From Flavobacteriales bacterium (GTDB lineage Bacteria > Bacteroidota > Bacteroidia > Flavobacteriales_D > CAJJDF01), in assembly GCA_965657945.1 (NCBI GenBank), contig CBFHPW010000001.1:2948-66947 (forward strand): DNA of 64,000 nucleotides, in the 5' to 3' direction. A program made the translations under genes and the position numbers. Shown piece after piece: positions 19,513 through 29,799 of the stretch (positions within the stretch are counted from its first letter, which is position 1; the number at the start of each line of letters is the position of its first letter). The notes below the pieces were generated by a model. It was given only the letters and a program-made list of their open reading frames with translations, had not been told where the DNA came from and made no database searches.

Positions 19513-21657
19513 TTAGATTTCTACTTCGCCCACGGTTGTTTTTATAATGAAATTACCCAATTGCACGGTAAGCTTCTTTCCTTCCATTTCCAATAACACA
19601 CCTTGGGTCTTGTGATTTTTTAATTTAATTTTTTTCCCTATCACCAGGGTCTCCTTCAGTTTTTTGGCTTCATTTTTCTTTTCTATTTCCTTATTTATTT
19701 TGGGTGTAGTCTTTGCCGGAGATGATTTGGGCAAATCAGGAGAGGATAGAGTTTTATCAAGAACCACCGGTTTTAGCTTTTCTTTCAGTTTAATTCGTTC
19801 AATGGAGGCTAATTTTTTTAGTGCTTCCAAAGTTGCTTTTTCTGTTTTATGATGTTTAAATTTCCCTAGTATTTCATAGAATTTCTTCCCCATATTCACG
19901 AACTTATTCTGCTGTTCTACAAATTGGTTGATTCGCTCAGATTTAGCCTGAAGCTTCTCCAGTTTTTCATCATATTCACGCATGCTTTGTCGAGCTTTGT
20001 GCTGTGATTTATATTGCTCGGTGTTAATTTTTTTAAACTTAGATTTCTCTTTTTGTAGTGAAACAGACAAGGCATCTACTTTTAGTTTGTGTTCAGATAC
20101 TTTGGTCTTTGCTCGTTCAATCAATTCGTTGGGAATTCTATTGTGCTGAGCAACTTCAAATGTAAAGGAAGAGCCTGGCTGACCAATGGATAAGGTAAAC
20201 AGAGGCTCTAGTTTTTTGGTGTCGAAAAGCATACAAGCATTGGTGGCTGATTCTAAGGAGGAAGTTAAGATTTTGATGTTGGTGTAGTGCGTGGTAATGA
20301 CTGCAAAGCTATTCTTTTCGTACAATTCCATGTAAAATACTTCGGCTAGAGCACCACCGAGTTCCGGATCTGTTCCGCTGCCAAATTCATCCAAAAGAAG
20401 CAAGGTGTTTTTGTCTGAATTCGCCAAAAAATGATTCATCCTATTCAGTCTATAACTGTAAGTACTCAGCTGGTTTTCTATGGATTGATTGTCGCCTATG
20501 TCAGATAAAACTTGATCAAACCAACAGCACGAGCTATCCGGATCCATGGATAAAAATAGTCCGCTTTGGTACATCAATTGTAAAATCCCAACAGTTTTTA
20601 AAGTGATTGATTTTCCTCCAGCATTGGGACCTGAAATAACCAGAAAGCGACTGTTTTCGTTCATTTCTATCTCCTGACCAATTGTTTTTTTATTTACCTC
20701 ATTATTTTTTAAAAAGAGCAAAGGGTGGATTGCATTTTTCCAATGCATCTTTTTTACTGTATTCAATTTTGGGCGAGTTCCATTGTAGGACTGGCCGAAA
20801 AGAACTTTGGCATTCAATAAATCAAACCTCACCAATAGGGCTTGGAAAGCTTTTAAGTGTTTTTTTTCGGATCGAAGTTGAAAAGTGACTTTTTCGAGTA
20901 TGGAAAAAATCTCGTTGCTTTCGTCTATTCGCAATCTTTCTTGTTCTTTGTTTAGCTCAAAACTTTCTTGCGGTTCGATGTAAGTATAATTGCCTTTGGC
21001 ACTTACGCCACAAATTCTTCCAGGCACTCGTTTTTTGTATTGCGAAAGCACAGTAAGAAGTCTGCGATTGTCCAAGAATGATTCCTCAGTTTCTCCTAAT
21101 AATTCATCCTGTCTGCATCTACGGAGTGCTTTTTCAAAATTTTTGTTGATTTCCGACCTGTTCGATTTCTGCTTTTTTCGGATGTTGAGTAGGAGTTGGG
21201 TTGCATCATCTTTTATGTCAAGTTTTTTTGTATCTAAGATTTCAGTAATAATTCCCAAAACATCTTTTATTCCGGTAATATGCTCACATGCTTCAAAAAG
21301 AGCGGGGTAGTCATACTGCTGATTTCTTGCGAAATCAATTAAAATTTTAGTTCCTTGACAAAGAGCAAAAACCTTCAGCAATTCATTTAGGATAAGAACA
21401 CCATTCTCAATTCTCAGTATATTGAGCGCTGTGTCTATATCTTCTGCATTGGGGTGAGGAAAACTTAACCTTTCATCCAAGTATATTTCCTGGATTTCTT
21501 CTAAGAGGGCAAATTCTTTGTTCAGTAACTCGGGTTTGGCAAATGAAGTTAGATTTTGTGCGTTTTCTTTGGCTTTTTGAGATTTGCAGTAAGTTGATAA
21601 AATGTCGCAAACTACTCCAAATTCAAGGTCTTTACCACTTTGTTTGTCTAATATCAT
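19513..21657 (-). CDS. mutS2: MutS2-family ATPase lacking a C-terminal Smr domain
   Basis: 714 aa. Walker A GPNAGGKS and Walker B LLLLDEFGSGTDP. Long Lys/Glu-rich coiled-coil. The KOW-like end (IGKKIKLKNHKTQGVLLEMEGKKLTVQLG) is followed directly by the stop codon. Confidence 0.8.
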   Translation of the reverse strand: MILDKQSGKDLEFGVVCDILSTYCKSQKAKENAQNLTSFAKPELLNKEFALLEEIQEIYLDERLSFPHPNAEDIDTALNILRIENGVLILNELLKVFALCQGTKILIDFARNQQYDYPALFEACEHITGIKDVLGIITEILDTKKLDIKDDATQLLLNIRKKQKSNRSEINKNFEKALRRCRQDELLGETEESFLDNRRLLTVLSQYKKRVPGRICGVSAKGNYTYIEPQESFELNKEQERLRIDESNEIFSILEKVTFQLRSEKKHLKAFQALLVRFDLLNAKVLFGQSYNGTRPKLNTVKKMHWKNAIHPLLFLKNNEVNKKTIGQEIEMNENSRFLVISGPNAGGKSITLKTVGILQLMYQSGLFLSMDPDSSCCWFDQVLSDIGDNQSIENQLSTYSYRLNRMNHFLANSDKNTLLLLDEFGSGTDPELGGALAEVFYMELYEKNSFAVITTHYTNIKILTSSLESATNACMLFDTKKLEPLFTLSIGQPGSSFTFEVAQHNRIPNELIERAKTKVSEHKLKVDALSVSLQKEKSKFKKINTEQYKSQHKARQSMREYDEKLEKLQAKSERINQFVEQQNKFVNMGKKFYEILGKFKHHKTEKATLEALKKLASIERIKLKEKLKPVVLDKTLSSPDLPKSSPAKTTPKINKEIEKKNEAKKLKETLVIGKKIKLKNHKTQGVLLEMEGKKLTVQLGNFIIKTTVGEVEI

Positions 21658-21692
21658 TTGTTTGTTCTAAGCTTATTATATGTCCCGAAGGT

Positions 21693-21700
21693 CAAAGCTA
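21693..21700 (-). promoter_or_regulatory. -7 box candidate (TAGCTTTG on minus strand) upstream of mutS2
   Basis: Plus-strand caaagcta, about 36 nt upstream of the mutS2 ATG at 21657. Confidence 0.3.
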
Positions 21701-21778
21701 AGTATTTTTAGAAAGAGATGTTTTGTTTGAGACCGAAAGGCACCTAATAATTGAAAGGGGTAAGAATTAAAAAGGCTG

Positions 21779-23197
21779 TTATCCGATTCGTTTTAATCCT
21801 AAATTGTTCCCCAAGGTCAACATAAAGGCAAAGGCTTCTTCAAAGTCATTTTTAATAGTTCCTTCTAAAATTGCCTCTTTTATTTCCGACTTTATTTTAC
21901 CTACTTCAAAACAGGGTTCCAGACCGAAGGTTTTCATGATGATGTCTCCTGAAATGGGGGGCTGCCAATTTCTAATCCTGTCACTTTCTTCAATTTCTTC
22001 TATTCGCTTTTCTACTTTGTCAAATTTTTGCAAATAGCGTTGAACTTTGTTTTCGTTTTTTGAGGTGATATCAGCACGGCATAGTGTGAGTAAATCGTCT
22101 ATGTCGTTTCCTGCTTCCATTAACATTCTGCGATAAGCAGCATCTTTTGTGTTGGGATTTGTAAGGGCAATTGGTCTTAGGTGAAGAAAAACGAGCTTTC
22201 GCACATACTGCATCGTTCCATCCAAGGGAAGTTTCATTCTTTTGAAAATTCCTCTTACCATTTTGGAGCCTACAACCTCGTGGCTATGGAATGTCCATCC
22301 TACCTTTTTGTCAAATCTTTTGGTAGGAGGTTTAGCAATGTCGTGCAAAATTGCAGCCCATCTCAACCAAAGATTATCGGTGTTTGGTGAAATATTATCT
22401 AGCACTTCTAACGTGTGATAAAAATTATCTTTATGTCCTTTGTTGTCAATGAATTCTACTCCGTGAAGAGCAACCATTTCTGGAAAAATTAATGCTAACA
22501 ATCCTGTATTGAACAGCAACTTAAAGCCAATAGAAGGTTTGTCAGCCAAAATTATTTTATTGAGCTCGGTTGTAATTCTTTCTTGAGAAACAATCGAAAT
22601 TCTTTCCTTGTGCTCTCTAATTGCTGACAAACTTGTGTGATGAATGGTGAAATTAAGTTGGGTGGCAAATCGAATGGCTCGCATCATCCTCAAAGGGTCG
22701 TCAGAATAGGTGATTCCAGGTTCCAAGGGGGTTCTTAAAATTTTGTCTTCTAAGTCTTGAACCCCATTAAATGGATCAATGAGTTCTCCATAATTTGATG
22801 CATTCAGGCTTATTGCTAGTGCATTTATTTTGAAATCTCTTCTCTTTTGGTCGTCTTCAATTGTTCCGTTTTCTACGGTAGGTTTTCTGGATCCTCTGTC
22901 GTAAGACTCTTTTCTAGCGCCCACAAATTCAATTTCGTATCCATCATCAAGTTTTATCATTGCGGTACCAAAATTTTTGAATACCGAAACTTTTGAAGCT
23001 TTTACTTTTTTTGCAATTTTTTCGGCCAATTCAATTCCACTACCTTCAATTACAATGTCAATGTCTTTACAAGGTCTATTGAGCAATAAATCTCTCACAA
23101 ATCCACCTATCACAAATACCCGTTCATTCGGGACAGTTTGTTTTATTACCTCAAAAATGGGGTGATTTAGTTGGTCGGCAAATTGTGTTTTTGTCAT
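21779..23197 (-). CDS. CCA-adding tRNA nucleotidyltransferase / poly(A) polymerase family protein with HD domain
   Basis: 472 aa. Nucleotidyltransferase head GGFVRDLLL...DIDIV, and an HD motif at AAILHDIAKP. Confidence 0.75.
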   Translation of the reverse strand: MTKTQFADQLNHPIFEVIKQTVPNERVFVIGGFVRDLLLNRPCKDIDIVIEGSGIELAEKIAKKVKASKVSVFKNFGTAMIKLDDGYEIEFVGARKESYDRGSRKPTVENGTIEDDQKRRDFKINALAISLNASNYGELIDPFNGVQDLEDKILRTPLEPGITYSDDPLRMMRAIRFATQLNFTIHHTSLSAIREHKERISIVSQERITTELNKIILADKPSIGFKLLFNTGLLALIFPEMVALHGVEFIDNKGHKDNFYHTLEVLDNISPNTDNLWLRWAAILHDIAKPPTKRFDKKVGWTFHSHEVVGSKMVRGIFKRMKLPLDGTMQYVRKLVFLHLRPIALTNPNTKDAAYRRMLMEAGNDIDDLLTLCRADITSKNENKVQRYLQKFDKVEKRIEEIEESDRIRNWQPPISGDIIMKTFGLEPCFEVGKIKSEIKEAILEGTIKNDFEEAFAFMLTLGNNLGLKRIG

Positions 23198-23213
23198 TAC
23201 TGGGGTATGAAAA

Positions 23214-23771
23214 TTACTTTCTGATCAAAGTGAAGGTTCCGTCCATTTCAATTTTCATAATGGTAGAAGCTCGCGGCTTTAATTTTGTATCGGACGGCAA
23301 ATTTACAATATAATCTACACCGTCCAAAATTCTCTTGTCAATATCCTCGAAACGCAAAGGGCTAGGCTGGTCGCTGATATTAGCCGAAGTGGCAATCAAA
23401 GGTTTTCCTAATTTTTTAATGAATTGATGACAAAATCCTTCTTTTACAATGCGAATAGCCACAGACTTATCCTCGGCCAGGAGGTTGTGGGCTATATTGT
23501 AACCTTCGGGATAAATAATTGTGGTAGGTTTCTCAGAGAACTCAACAATATCCCAAGCAATATCAGGGATTTGCTTTACGTACCGATTTAGTTTGGTGTC
23601 GGATTCAAGCAGTGTAATCATACTTTTATTAGAGGCTCGTTGTTTTAATGAGTAAATTTTATTTACTGCCACTGGATTGGTAGCATCGCATCCAATTCCC
23701 CATAAGGTATCGGTTGGGTAAAGTATGATACCTCCGTTTCTTACTATTTGTATAGCCTCTTCCATATCCAT
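23214..23771 (-). CDS. tsaC: L-threonylcarbamoyladenylate synthase (YrdC/TsaC type)
   Basis: 185 aa. YrdC-fold motifs YPTDTLWGIGCDA, KQRASNKSMI and ATSANISDQP. Confidence 0.75.
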   Translation of the reverse strand: MDMEEAIQIVRNGGIILYPTDTLWGIGCDATNPVAVNKIYSLKQRASNKSMITLLESDTKLNRYVKQIPDIAWDIVEFSEKPTTIIYPEGYNIAHNLLAEDKSVAIRIVKEGFCHQFIKKLGKPLIATSANISDQPSPLRFEDIDKRILDGVDYIVNLPSDTKLKPRASTIMKIEMDGTFTLIRK

Positions 23772-23878
23772 TATTTATAAGACAAAGGTATTTAAAGCAA
23801 TTGCGAATGACAACACTCTGGCTGTTGTTTTGCGTCTCTTCTTAAAATTGTTTTTCTAGATGACTTAGAAATTTTGGA

Positions 23879-24151
23879 ATGAATTATTTGTCTAAATTCG
23901 CAACTATGGAAGAAACAGAAAGAAACATTAAGCTAATTTGGGATTTTAGAGGAGAAGATGGACATCAAACTGCCATTCATCACGAAATTCATTTGAAAGA
24001 GTTTGCTAGAAAAGAGGATGTACCTTATGTAAACACCGGAGTGGAACCGTTAGGTGATTTGCATTCAACAGCGTTCATAACCGTTCCAGAATCTTACATG
24101 AGAATTGTGAGAGATGCATTAATTCCCCATCGAGGTGAAATTGCAGAATAG
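23879..24151 (+). CDS. Hypothetical small protein
   Basis: 90-aa ORF (alternative start at 23906) filling an otherwise empty gap. Composition is protein-like. No recognised motif. Confidence 0.4.
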   Translation: MNYLSKFATMEETERNIKLIWDFRGEDGHQTAIHHEIHLKEFARKEDVPYVNTGVEPLGDLHSTAFITVPESYMRIVRDALIPHRGEIAE

Positions 24152-24209
24152 CACATTCTTGTTCAGTAAAATAAATAGGACGAAAATTGTTTAATAACAA
24201 AGGTTCTTT

Positions 24210-24217
24210 TATATTTG
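24210..24217 (+). promoter_or_regulatory. -7 box candidate (TATATTTG) upstream of secDF
   Basis: TAnnTTTG match 38 nt upstream of the ATG at 24255. Confidence 0.35.
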
Positions 24218-24254
24218 CACCCCTAAAAAAGTAAGTAAATTAAACAAATAAACT

Positions 24255-27200
24255 ATGCAAAATAGAAATATTATATGGGTTTTTACCATATTATTAACAC
24301 TAGCTTGTCTTTACCAATTGTCCTTTACATGGGTGACAAGTGGCGTAGAGAAAGAGGCAAAAGAATTCGCTGAATCTGAAGCTTCAATGTATGTTGGAAG
24401 TGATTCTTCAGTGAGAGCAACGGTAGGAAATGCTGAATATTTGGTGGCTACACAAGAAGAAAGAGACGTGTTTCAAAAAGCTGTTTTGGAAAATTACTTG
24501 ATTAATAAAACGAATGAATCAGTTTATCCAATTTTTGGACATACCTACAAGTATTGTAAAGACAACGAATTGGCAAAAGGGCTAGACCTTGAAGGAGGAA
24601 TGAGTGTAACGTTGCAAGTTTCAATACCGGATATGGTTTCTAACTTAGCAGGAAGATACTCTTCAAGAAGTTCTTTTTCTAAGCCTTTTGAAGCAGCATA
24701 CTCTGTATTTACAACCGCAGAAAATGAAAAAGAATTTGTTGACTTATTTGAAGCAAAATTCAATGAAATTAATCCAGAAGAGTCGCTTGCTGAGATTTTC
24801 AAATTTAAGGATGAAGACGGAAATAAATTGACTAACATTTCCAACGAAGAGGTTATAGCGATGTTGAGAGAAAAAGCTTCTGGAGCTTTAGATAAAACTG
24901 AAACTGTCATTTCATCGAGAGTATCGGGGTTAGGACTTTCTCAACCTTCTATCCAAAAGAACCAAAGTAAAGGAACGATTACAATTGAGCTGCCTGGAGT
25001 TAAGGACAAGGAAAGAGCGAGAAATTTACTTCAAAGTACCGCAAAACTTGAGTTTTGGCATACCTATAAAAATACAGAAGTAGGGAATGCAGTGTACGAA
25101 AAGTTGAATGATATCATTAGTAGAACAATGTATCCTGGTTATTTGGATTCTGTTGAGAATGCGACAAAAGATACGACTGCCTCAGCTGATTTAGCTTCAG
25201 AGAGCGATTCAACAGAAGTAAATGATTCAACCGAGTTAGCTTCAGAAGATTCAGCTTCAGTAGATCCATTTGCGAACTTAACCGCAGACGAACAACAAGA
25301 AATGTTTAGAAAGACAAGTCCTTTGTCTGCTAGATTATATCCTTACGCTGATCAAGAAAGTCAATGGATGGAAAGTGCCATATTAGGATATGCAAAAATT
25401 ACAGACACTGCCGAAGTAAACGCTTTCATGAAAATGAGTGTTGTTCAAACTGCAGTTTCAACCATTTCAAGAGATTTGGCTTTCATGTGGGAATCAAAAT
25501 CTGCCGGTTCAACAGAAGACGGTACACCATTATTGAACTTATATTTAATAAAAAAGACGAAAAGTGGTATTCCAGAATTAGATGGAGAGGAAGTGGAGTC
25601 GGCAAGACAAGATTTTGATCCGATGACCAGAAAACCGATGGTTTCTTTACAATTCAAAAATGCAGGAGCAATTGCTTGGGCGGATTTGACCGAACAAAGT
25701 GCGAAAGACGAAACGGGTATCGCAATCACATTGGATAATAAAGTGTTTTCTTCACCTGTGGCATCTGGTAAAATTGAAGGAGGAAGAACCCAAATAACAG
25801 GAGGCTCTTTTAATGGTGCAGATGGAATAAAAGAAGCGAAGGATTTATCAAACATTTTAAAGGCGGGAGCTCTTCCTGCACCGGCAAAAATTGTTGACGA
25901 GTCGGTGGTTGGACCAACTTTGGGTGCAGAAAATGTCCAAGCAGGACTTTGGTCATTTGCTGGAGCCTTATTGTTGGTTTTGGTTTACATGATTTTTTAT
26001 TATTCAAAGGCAGGAGCAGTTGCTGATTTAGCCTTGATTACAAATATTTTCTTCATTTTTGGAACACTTGCCTCGTTAGGAGCTGCACTTACGCTTCCAG
26101 GAATTGCAGGTATCGTACTTACTATCGGTATGTCGGTGGATGCTAATGTTCTTGTATTCGAAAGAATTAGAGAAGAATTGAGAAATGGTAGAGGGAAAAG
26201 ACAAGCAATTGAGGAAGGTTACTCAAAAGCCCTTTCAGCAATTTTGGATGCAAACATTACAACATTGCTTACTGCGATTGTATTGGGTTACTTCGGTCAT
26301 GGAGCTATCCAAGGATTCGCTATTACGCTTATCATTGGTATTTTTACCTCGTTATTCTCAGCACTTATCATTTCAAGATTGATATTCAGTTACATGATCG
26401 ACAGAAAAAAGGACATTTCTTTTTCTACTGCCATCACAAAGAACTTATTCTTGAACATGAAAGTTCCTTTTATCAAAAAAAGAAAAGTATTCTACATTAT
26501 TTCTGGATTAATTATCGCAGGAGGTATTTTCTCCTTGGTTACGAGATCTTTGGATTACGGAGTTGAATTTACTGGAGGGAGAACTTACAAAATAAAGTTT
26601 GAGAACGAAGTGAATTTCCAAGACGTAAGAGAAAGCCTTGCTGCCTCTTTTGGAGATATGCCAGAAGTAAAAATGATTGATAACCGATACAAAGCACTGA
26701 TTACAACTCAATACATGTTGGGAGATAAAACTTCAGAGGGTTCGGCAAAAGTTGAAACCAAACTAAACGAGGGATTAAAAGACATCAGTGGGTATGAAAT
26801 CATTGAATCAAGACAAGTTGATTCTAACATTTCAGCTGGATTTAAAACCTCATCCATTAAAGCAGTATTGATATCCTTATTGATCATCTTCTTGTACATA
26901 GTATTTAGATTTAGAAAATGGCAATTTGGATTGGGAGCCTTGCTAGCCATGTTCCACGATGTGTTAATTGTATTGTCATTGTTCTCTATTGGATGGGGAA
27001 GATTCCCATTTGCCATGGAAATAAACGAAGCATTTATTGCGGCAATTTTAACAGTAGTAGGATACTCAATTAACGATACAGTAGTGGTATTCGATAGGAT
27101 AAGAGAATTTCTAACGGATAGAAGAAAGGGAGAGCCGAGAGAAGTTATTAATGAGGCATTGAACTCCACATTGAGTAGAACGGTGAATACTTCTGTTACT

Positions 27201-27374
27201 ACCTTCCTAGTATTGTTGATTATCTTCTTATTTGGTGGAGATTCAATAAAAGGAATGACATTTGCCTTGATGATTGGTGTCGTAGTTGGAACTTATTCAT
27301 CGTTGTGTATTGCAACCCCTTCTGTTATTGATTTTACCAAATCGTTCAGAAAAGAGTCGAAAGAAGAGAAATAA
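24255..27374 (+). CDS. secDF: Protein translocase subunit SecDF (fused)
   Basis: 1039 aa. N-terminal TM, a large periplasmic domain, a 6-TM SecD block (GIAGIVLTIGMSVDANVLVFERIREE), then a second SecF block (GYSINDTVVVFDRIRE). Confidence 0.9.
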   Translation: MQNRNIIWVFTILLTLACLYQLSFTWVTSGVEKEAKEFAESEASMYVGSDSSVRATVGNAEYLVATQEERDVFQKAVLENYLINKTNESVYPIFGHTYKYCKDNELAKGLDLEGGMSVTLQVSIPDMVSNLAGRYSSRSSFSKPFEAAYSVFTTAENEKEFVDLFEAKFNEINPEESLAEIFKFKDEDGNKLTNISNEEVIAMLREKASGALDKTETVISSRVSGLGLSQPSIQKNQSKGTITIELPGVKDKERARNLLQSTAKLEFWHTYKNTEVGNAVYEKLNDIISRTMYPGYLDSVENATKDTTASADLASESDSTEVNDSTELASEDSASVDPFANLTADEQQEMFRKTSPLSARLYPYADQESQWMESAILGYAKITDTAEVNAFMKMSVVQTAVSTISRDLAFMWESKSAGSTEDGTPLLNLYLIKKTKSGIPELDGEEVESARQDFDPMTRKPMVSLQFKNAGAIAWADLTEQSAKDETGIAITLDNKVFSSPVASGKIEGGRTQITGGSFNGADGIKEAKDLSNILKAGALPAPAKIVDESVVGPTLGAENVQAGLWSFAGALLLVLVYMIFYYSKAGAVADLALITNIFFIFGTLASLGAALTLPGIAGIVLTIGMSVDANVLVFERIREELRNGRGKRQAIEEGYSKALSAILDANITTLLTAIVLGYFGHGAIQGFAITLIIGIFTSLFSALIISRLIFSYMIDRKKDISFSTAITKNLFLNMKVPFIKKRKVFYIISGLIIAGGIFSLVTRSLDYGVEFTGGRTYKIKFENEVNFQDVRESLAASFGDMPEVKMIDNRYKALITTQYMLGDKTSEGSAKVETKLNEGLKDISGYEIIESRQVDSNISAGFKTSSIKAVLISLLIIFLYIVFRFRKWQFGLGALLAMFHDVLIVLSLFSIGWGRFPFAMEINEAFIAAILTVVGYSINDTVVVFDRIREFLTDRRKGEPREVINEALNSTLSRTVNTSVTTFLVLLIIFLFGGDSIKGMTFALMIGVVVGTYSSLCIATPSVIDFTKSFRKESKEEK

Positions 27375-27396
27375 ATTAGTTGATATTTAGTAGCTA

Positions 27397-27427
27397 AGTC
27401 CTCTGAGAAATCAGGGGACTTTTTTAT
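27397..27427 (+). terminator. Rho-independent terminator after secDF
   Basis: AGTCCTCTGA-GAAA-TCAGGGGACT forms a 10-bp stem with one G-U pair. It is followed by TTTTTTATT. Confidence 0.75.
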
Positions 27428-27514
27428 TAAATCATGTTTCACTTCGTAACACAGTTGCCAAACATTTATTACCTTAGTATAAGAAATATTAATTATTGTT
27501 GATCTAAAAAAACT

Positions 27515-27808
27515 ATGCTTTCAGCTCCCATTATTATGTTGTTTTTGAACTTAAGTAGCGGTGAAATATTCATCGTATTTTTGTTTATTCTAATATTTTT
27601 TGGTGCAGAGAGTATTCCTAAAATTGCCCGTTCATTTGGTAAGGTTATGTATCAAATAAAAAATGCAACTGACGACATCAAAAGAGATATCAAGGAATCT
27701 ACAGATAGTATCAAACAAGATATCATGGATCAGACAGAATCTTCTAATCCTATTGCCGAAATGAAAAAAGAGTTGGACGATTCTGTAAAAGATATAAAAC
27801 TAGATTAA
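27515..27808 (+). CDS. tatA: TatA/TatE-family twin-arginine translocase subunit
   Basis: 97 aa. A single TM is followed by FGAESIPKIARSFGKVMYQIKNA, matching the FG..LP...R.LGK..FK hinge/amphipathic helix pattern. Confidence 0.6.
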   Translation: MLSAPIIMLFLNLSSGEIFIVFLFILIFFGAESIPKIARSFGKVMYQIKNATDDIKRDIKESTDSIKQDIMDQTESSNPIAEMKKELDDSVKDIKLD

Positions 27809-27810
27809 TT

Positions 27811-28743
27811 ATGGGTTTTTTGTGGCTTATACTGGGACTCACAATCCTAATTTTTAGTGGTGATTACTTAGTGAAAGGTGCTGTGGGAGCAGCCGAAAAA
27901 TTTAAAATTTCCCCATTGGTAATCGGTATGACTGTGGTTTCATTTGGTACTTCAGCGCCAGAATTATTCGTCAGTATAAAAGCCGCTTGGGACGGTTCTC
28001 CTGATTTAGCAATAGGAAACGTAATTGGGTCCAATATCGCCAATATCGCGTTAGTTTTATCAGTCACGGTCTTGATTTTCCCAATAATTGTAGATAGAAA
28101 TTCAAAAATTATTGACTGGCCAATGATGATGTTTGCGAGTATTTTATTTTATGTGTTTTCATTGGATAATATGATTTCTTCTTTTGAGGGAGGAATTATG
28201 GTTGGCATTTTGTTGATTTTCACATTTTTATTAATCAGAAACTCGAGAAAATTAAACCTCGATTTGGATGAAGACATTGACGGTACTCCCTCCAATATGT
28301 GGTTGACTAGTCTTTATTTGCTTGGTGGATTAGTTGGTCTTAAATTTGGAGCAGATTGGTTTGTCGCAGGAGCAAAGGATGTTGCTAAATCTTTCGGGAT
28401 ATCAGACAAAGTAATTGGAGTAACAATCGTTGCATTTGGTACGTCCGTTCCAGAATTGGTGGCCTCTGGTGTTGCCGCTTATCGAAGGCAAACTGATATT
28501 TCCCTTGGAAACCTAATAGGGTCGAACATTTTTAATATTTTAATAGTTCTGGGAATTACCTCTCTCATTAAGCCCATTCAGGTTGCCGAGAGCGTAATGG
28601 TTTTTGATATGTATTGGATGTTAGGAATTGCTTTGGCGCTGTATCCCATGATGTTCATAGGGAAAAAGATGGGTAGAGTTCATGGTGTAATCCTACTGTC
28701 AGCCTACATTACCTATATTGTACTTTGTGTTCAGTCTATTTGA
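27811..28743 (+). CDS. Calcium/sodium (CaCA family, YrbG-like) antiporter
   Basis: 310 aa, about 10 TM. Two alpha-repeat signatures, GTSAPEL and GTSVPEL. Confidence 0.8.
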   Translation: MGFLWLILGLTILIFSGDYLVKGAVGAAEKFKISPLVIGMTVVSFGTSAPELFVSIKAAWDGSPDLAIGNVIGSNIANIALVLSVTVLIFPIIVDRNSKIIDWPMMMFASILFYVFSLDNMISSFEGGIMVGILLIFTFLLIRNSRKLNLDLDEDIDGTPSNMWLTSLYLLGGLVGLKFGADWFVAGAKDVAKSFGISDKVIGVTIVAFGTSVPELVASGVAAYRRQTDISLGNLIGSNIFNILIVLGITSLIKPIQVAESVMVFDMYWMLGIALALYPMMFIGKKMGRVHGVILLSAYITYIVLCVQSI

Positions 28744-29137
28744 GTGGGTTATAGTTTTGATAATTTACTCCTGAGGTAGAAAAATAGAGTGCTGCATTTT
28801 GTGTTTCGATCGGGTATTCCGATGAGCTAAACATATCGCTTGGACATTCTAGAAAGCTACTATTAGAATTGGAGTATATCATGCTAGAATCATTTTTGTA
28901 ATAAATTAAAAATCCAATTGCGCCTAGCTTTAAGGCATTGCTAATAGGTGTAGCTTTGCCAAGTTCTCCTTTGAACTTACGAAGTTGATTTTCATTTAGA
29001 TAGAAGTTGCCAGAATAATTATGCATCCTAACTTTATAGATTGAGTCAATGTCAAAATAATCGCCAAGTGATAAGGGACGTTTTGAAGGAGCGCAACTTC
29101 CAAGTAAACACAGAACAATTATTGCTCTTCGTTTCAT
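28736..29137 (-). CDS. Hypothetical lipoprotein
   Basis: 133 aa. Signal peptide with a lipobox-like LLGSC. ATGA-type overlap with coaE upstream. The 3' end overlaps the convergent antiporter gene by 8 nt. Confidence 0.5.
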   Translation of the reverse strand: MKRRAIIVLCLLGSCAPSKRPLSLGDYFDIDSIYKVRMHNYSGNFYLNENQLRKFKGELGKATPISNALKLGAIGFLIYYKNDSSMIYSNSNSSFLECPSDMFSSSEYPIETQNAALYFSTSGVNYQNYNPLK

Positions 29138-29724
29138 TTGTTAAGAGTTTTGACCACTGCGAGTACTTGAGGTATCAGTAGCTTTTTTCCAGAATTGTCA
29201 ATCACAAAGTCTGTTAGATTAAGCTTGACTTCATCAGTCCATTGGTTTGTCATTCGATTTTCAATTTCCTTCGTGCTTGCTTTGTCTCTGTCTTTTACTC
29301 TTGCAATTCGGGTACTTTTTGGTGCTGTTACCAAAATAATTGAGTCTAACTCTTTGTAAATTCCTGTTTCGAACAAAATGGCAGCCTCTTTGAATACTAA
29401 TGAAGATGATTGCGCAATTTTCCAAGATTCAAAATCTTTTCCCACTGCGGGATGCACAAGTCTGTTGAGTATTTCGAGTTTCTTGGGGTTATTGAATACG
29501 ATGGTAGCCATTTTTTGACGATCCAATCCGTTTTCGTTGTATAGGTCGTTGCCGAATTCGTTTTTTATGGCTTTCATTAATTCTTCATTCGAATTAATCA
29601 ACTCTTTGGCTCGGATGTCTGAGTTGTACACTTGATACCCCATAGAGATAAGAATTTTAGCAACTACAGATTTCCCTGAGCCAATTCCTCCTGTTATGCC
29701 AATAATTTGTTTCGTTTGTTTCAT
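29134..29724 (-). CDS. coaE: Dephospho-CoA kinase
   Basis: 196 aa. P-loop GITGGIGSGKS at the N-terminus. Typical CoaE length. Confidence 0.85.
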   Translation of the reverse strand: MKQTKQIIGITGGIGSGKSVVAKILISMGYQVYNSDIRAKELINSNEELMKAIKNEFGNDLYNENGLDRQKMATIVFNNPKKLEILNRLVHPAVGKDFESWKIAQSSSLVFKEAAILFETGIYKELDSIILVTAPKSTRIARVKDRDKASTKEIENRMTNQWTDEVKLNLTDFVIDNSGKKLLIPQVLAVVKTLNK

Positions 29725-29757
29725 AAAAAAAAGAGTCTTAGGTTAGTAAGACTCTTT
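29725..29757 (-). terminator. Rho-independent terminator after yajC
   Basis: AAGAGTCTTA-GGTTAG-TAAGACTCTT is a perfect 10-bp stem. On the minus strand it is followed by a T-run (plus-strand A-run at 29725-29730). Confidence 0.65.
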
Positions 29758-29799
29758 CAAATTTACCCAAAACTTTGTTTGGGACAATTAAATTGATTG

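Noticed and set aside
24255-27374. Acidic Ser/Asp/Glu-rich insert in the SecD periplasmic domain (DTTASADLASESDSTEVNDSTELASEDSASVD). Also acidic low-complexity termini on ParC.
   Set aside because: Short linker-like low-complexity inserts in otherwise canonical housekeeping proteins are common lineage-specific variation. I had no evidence of separate function.
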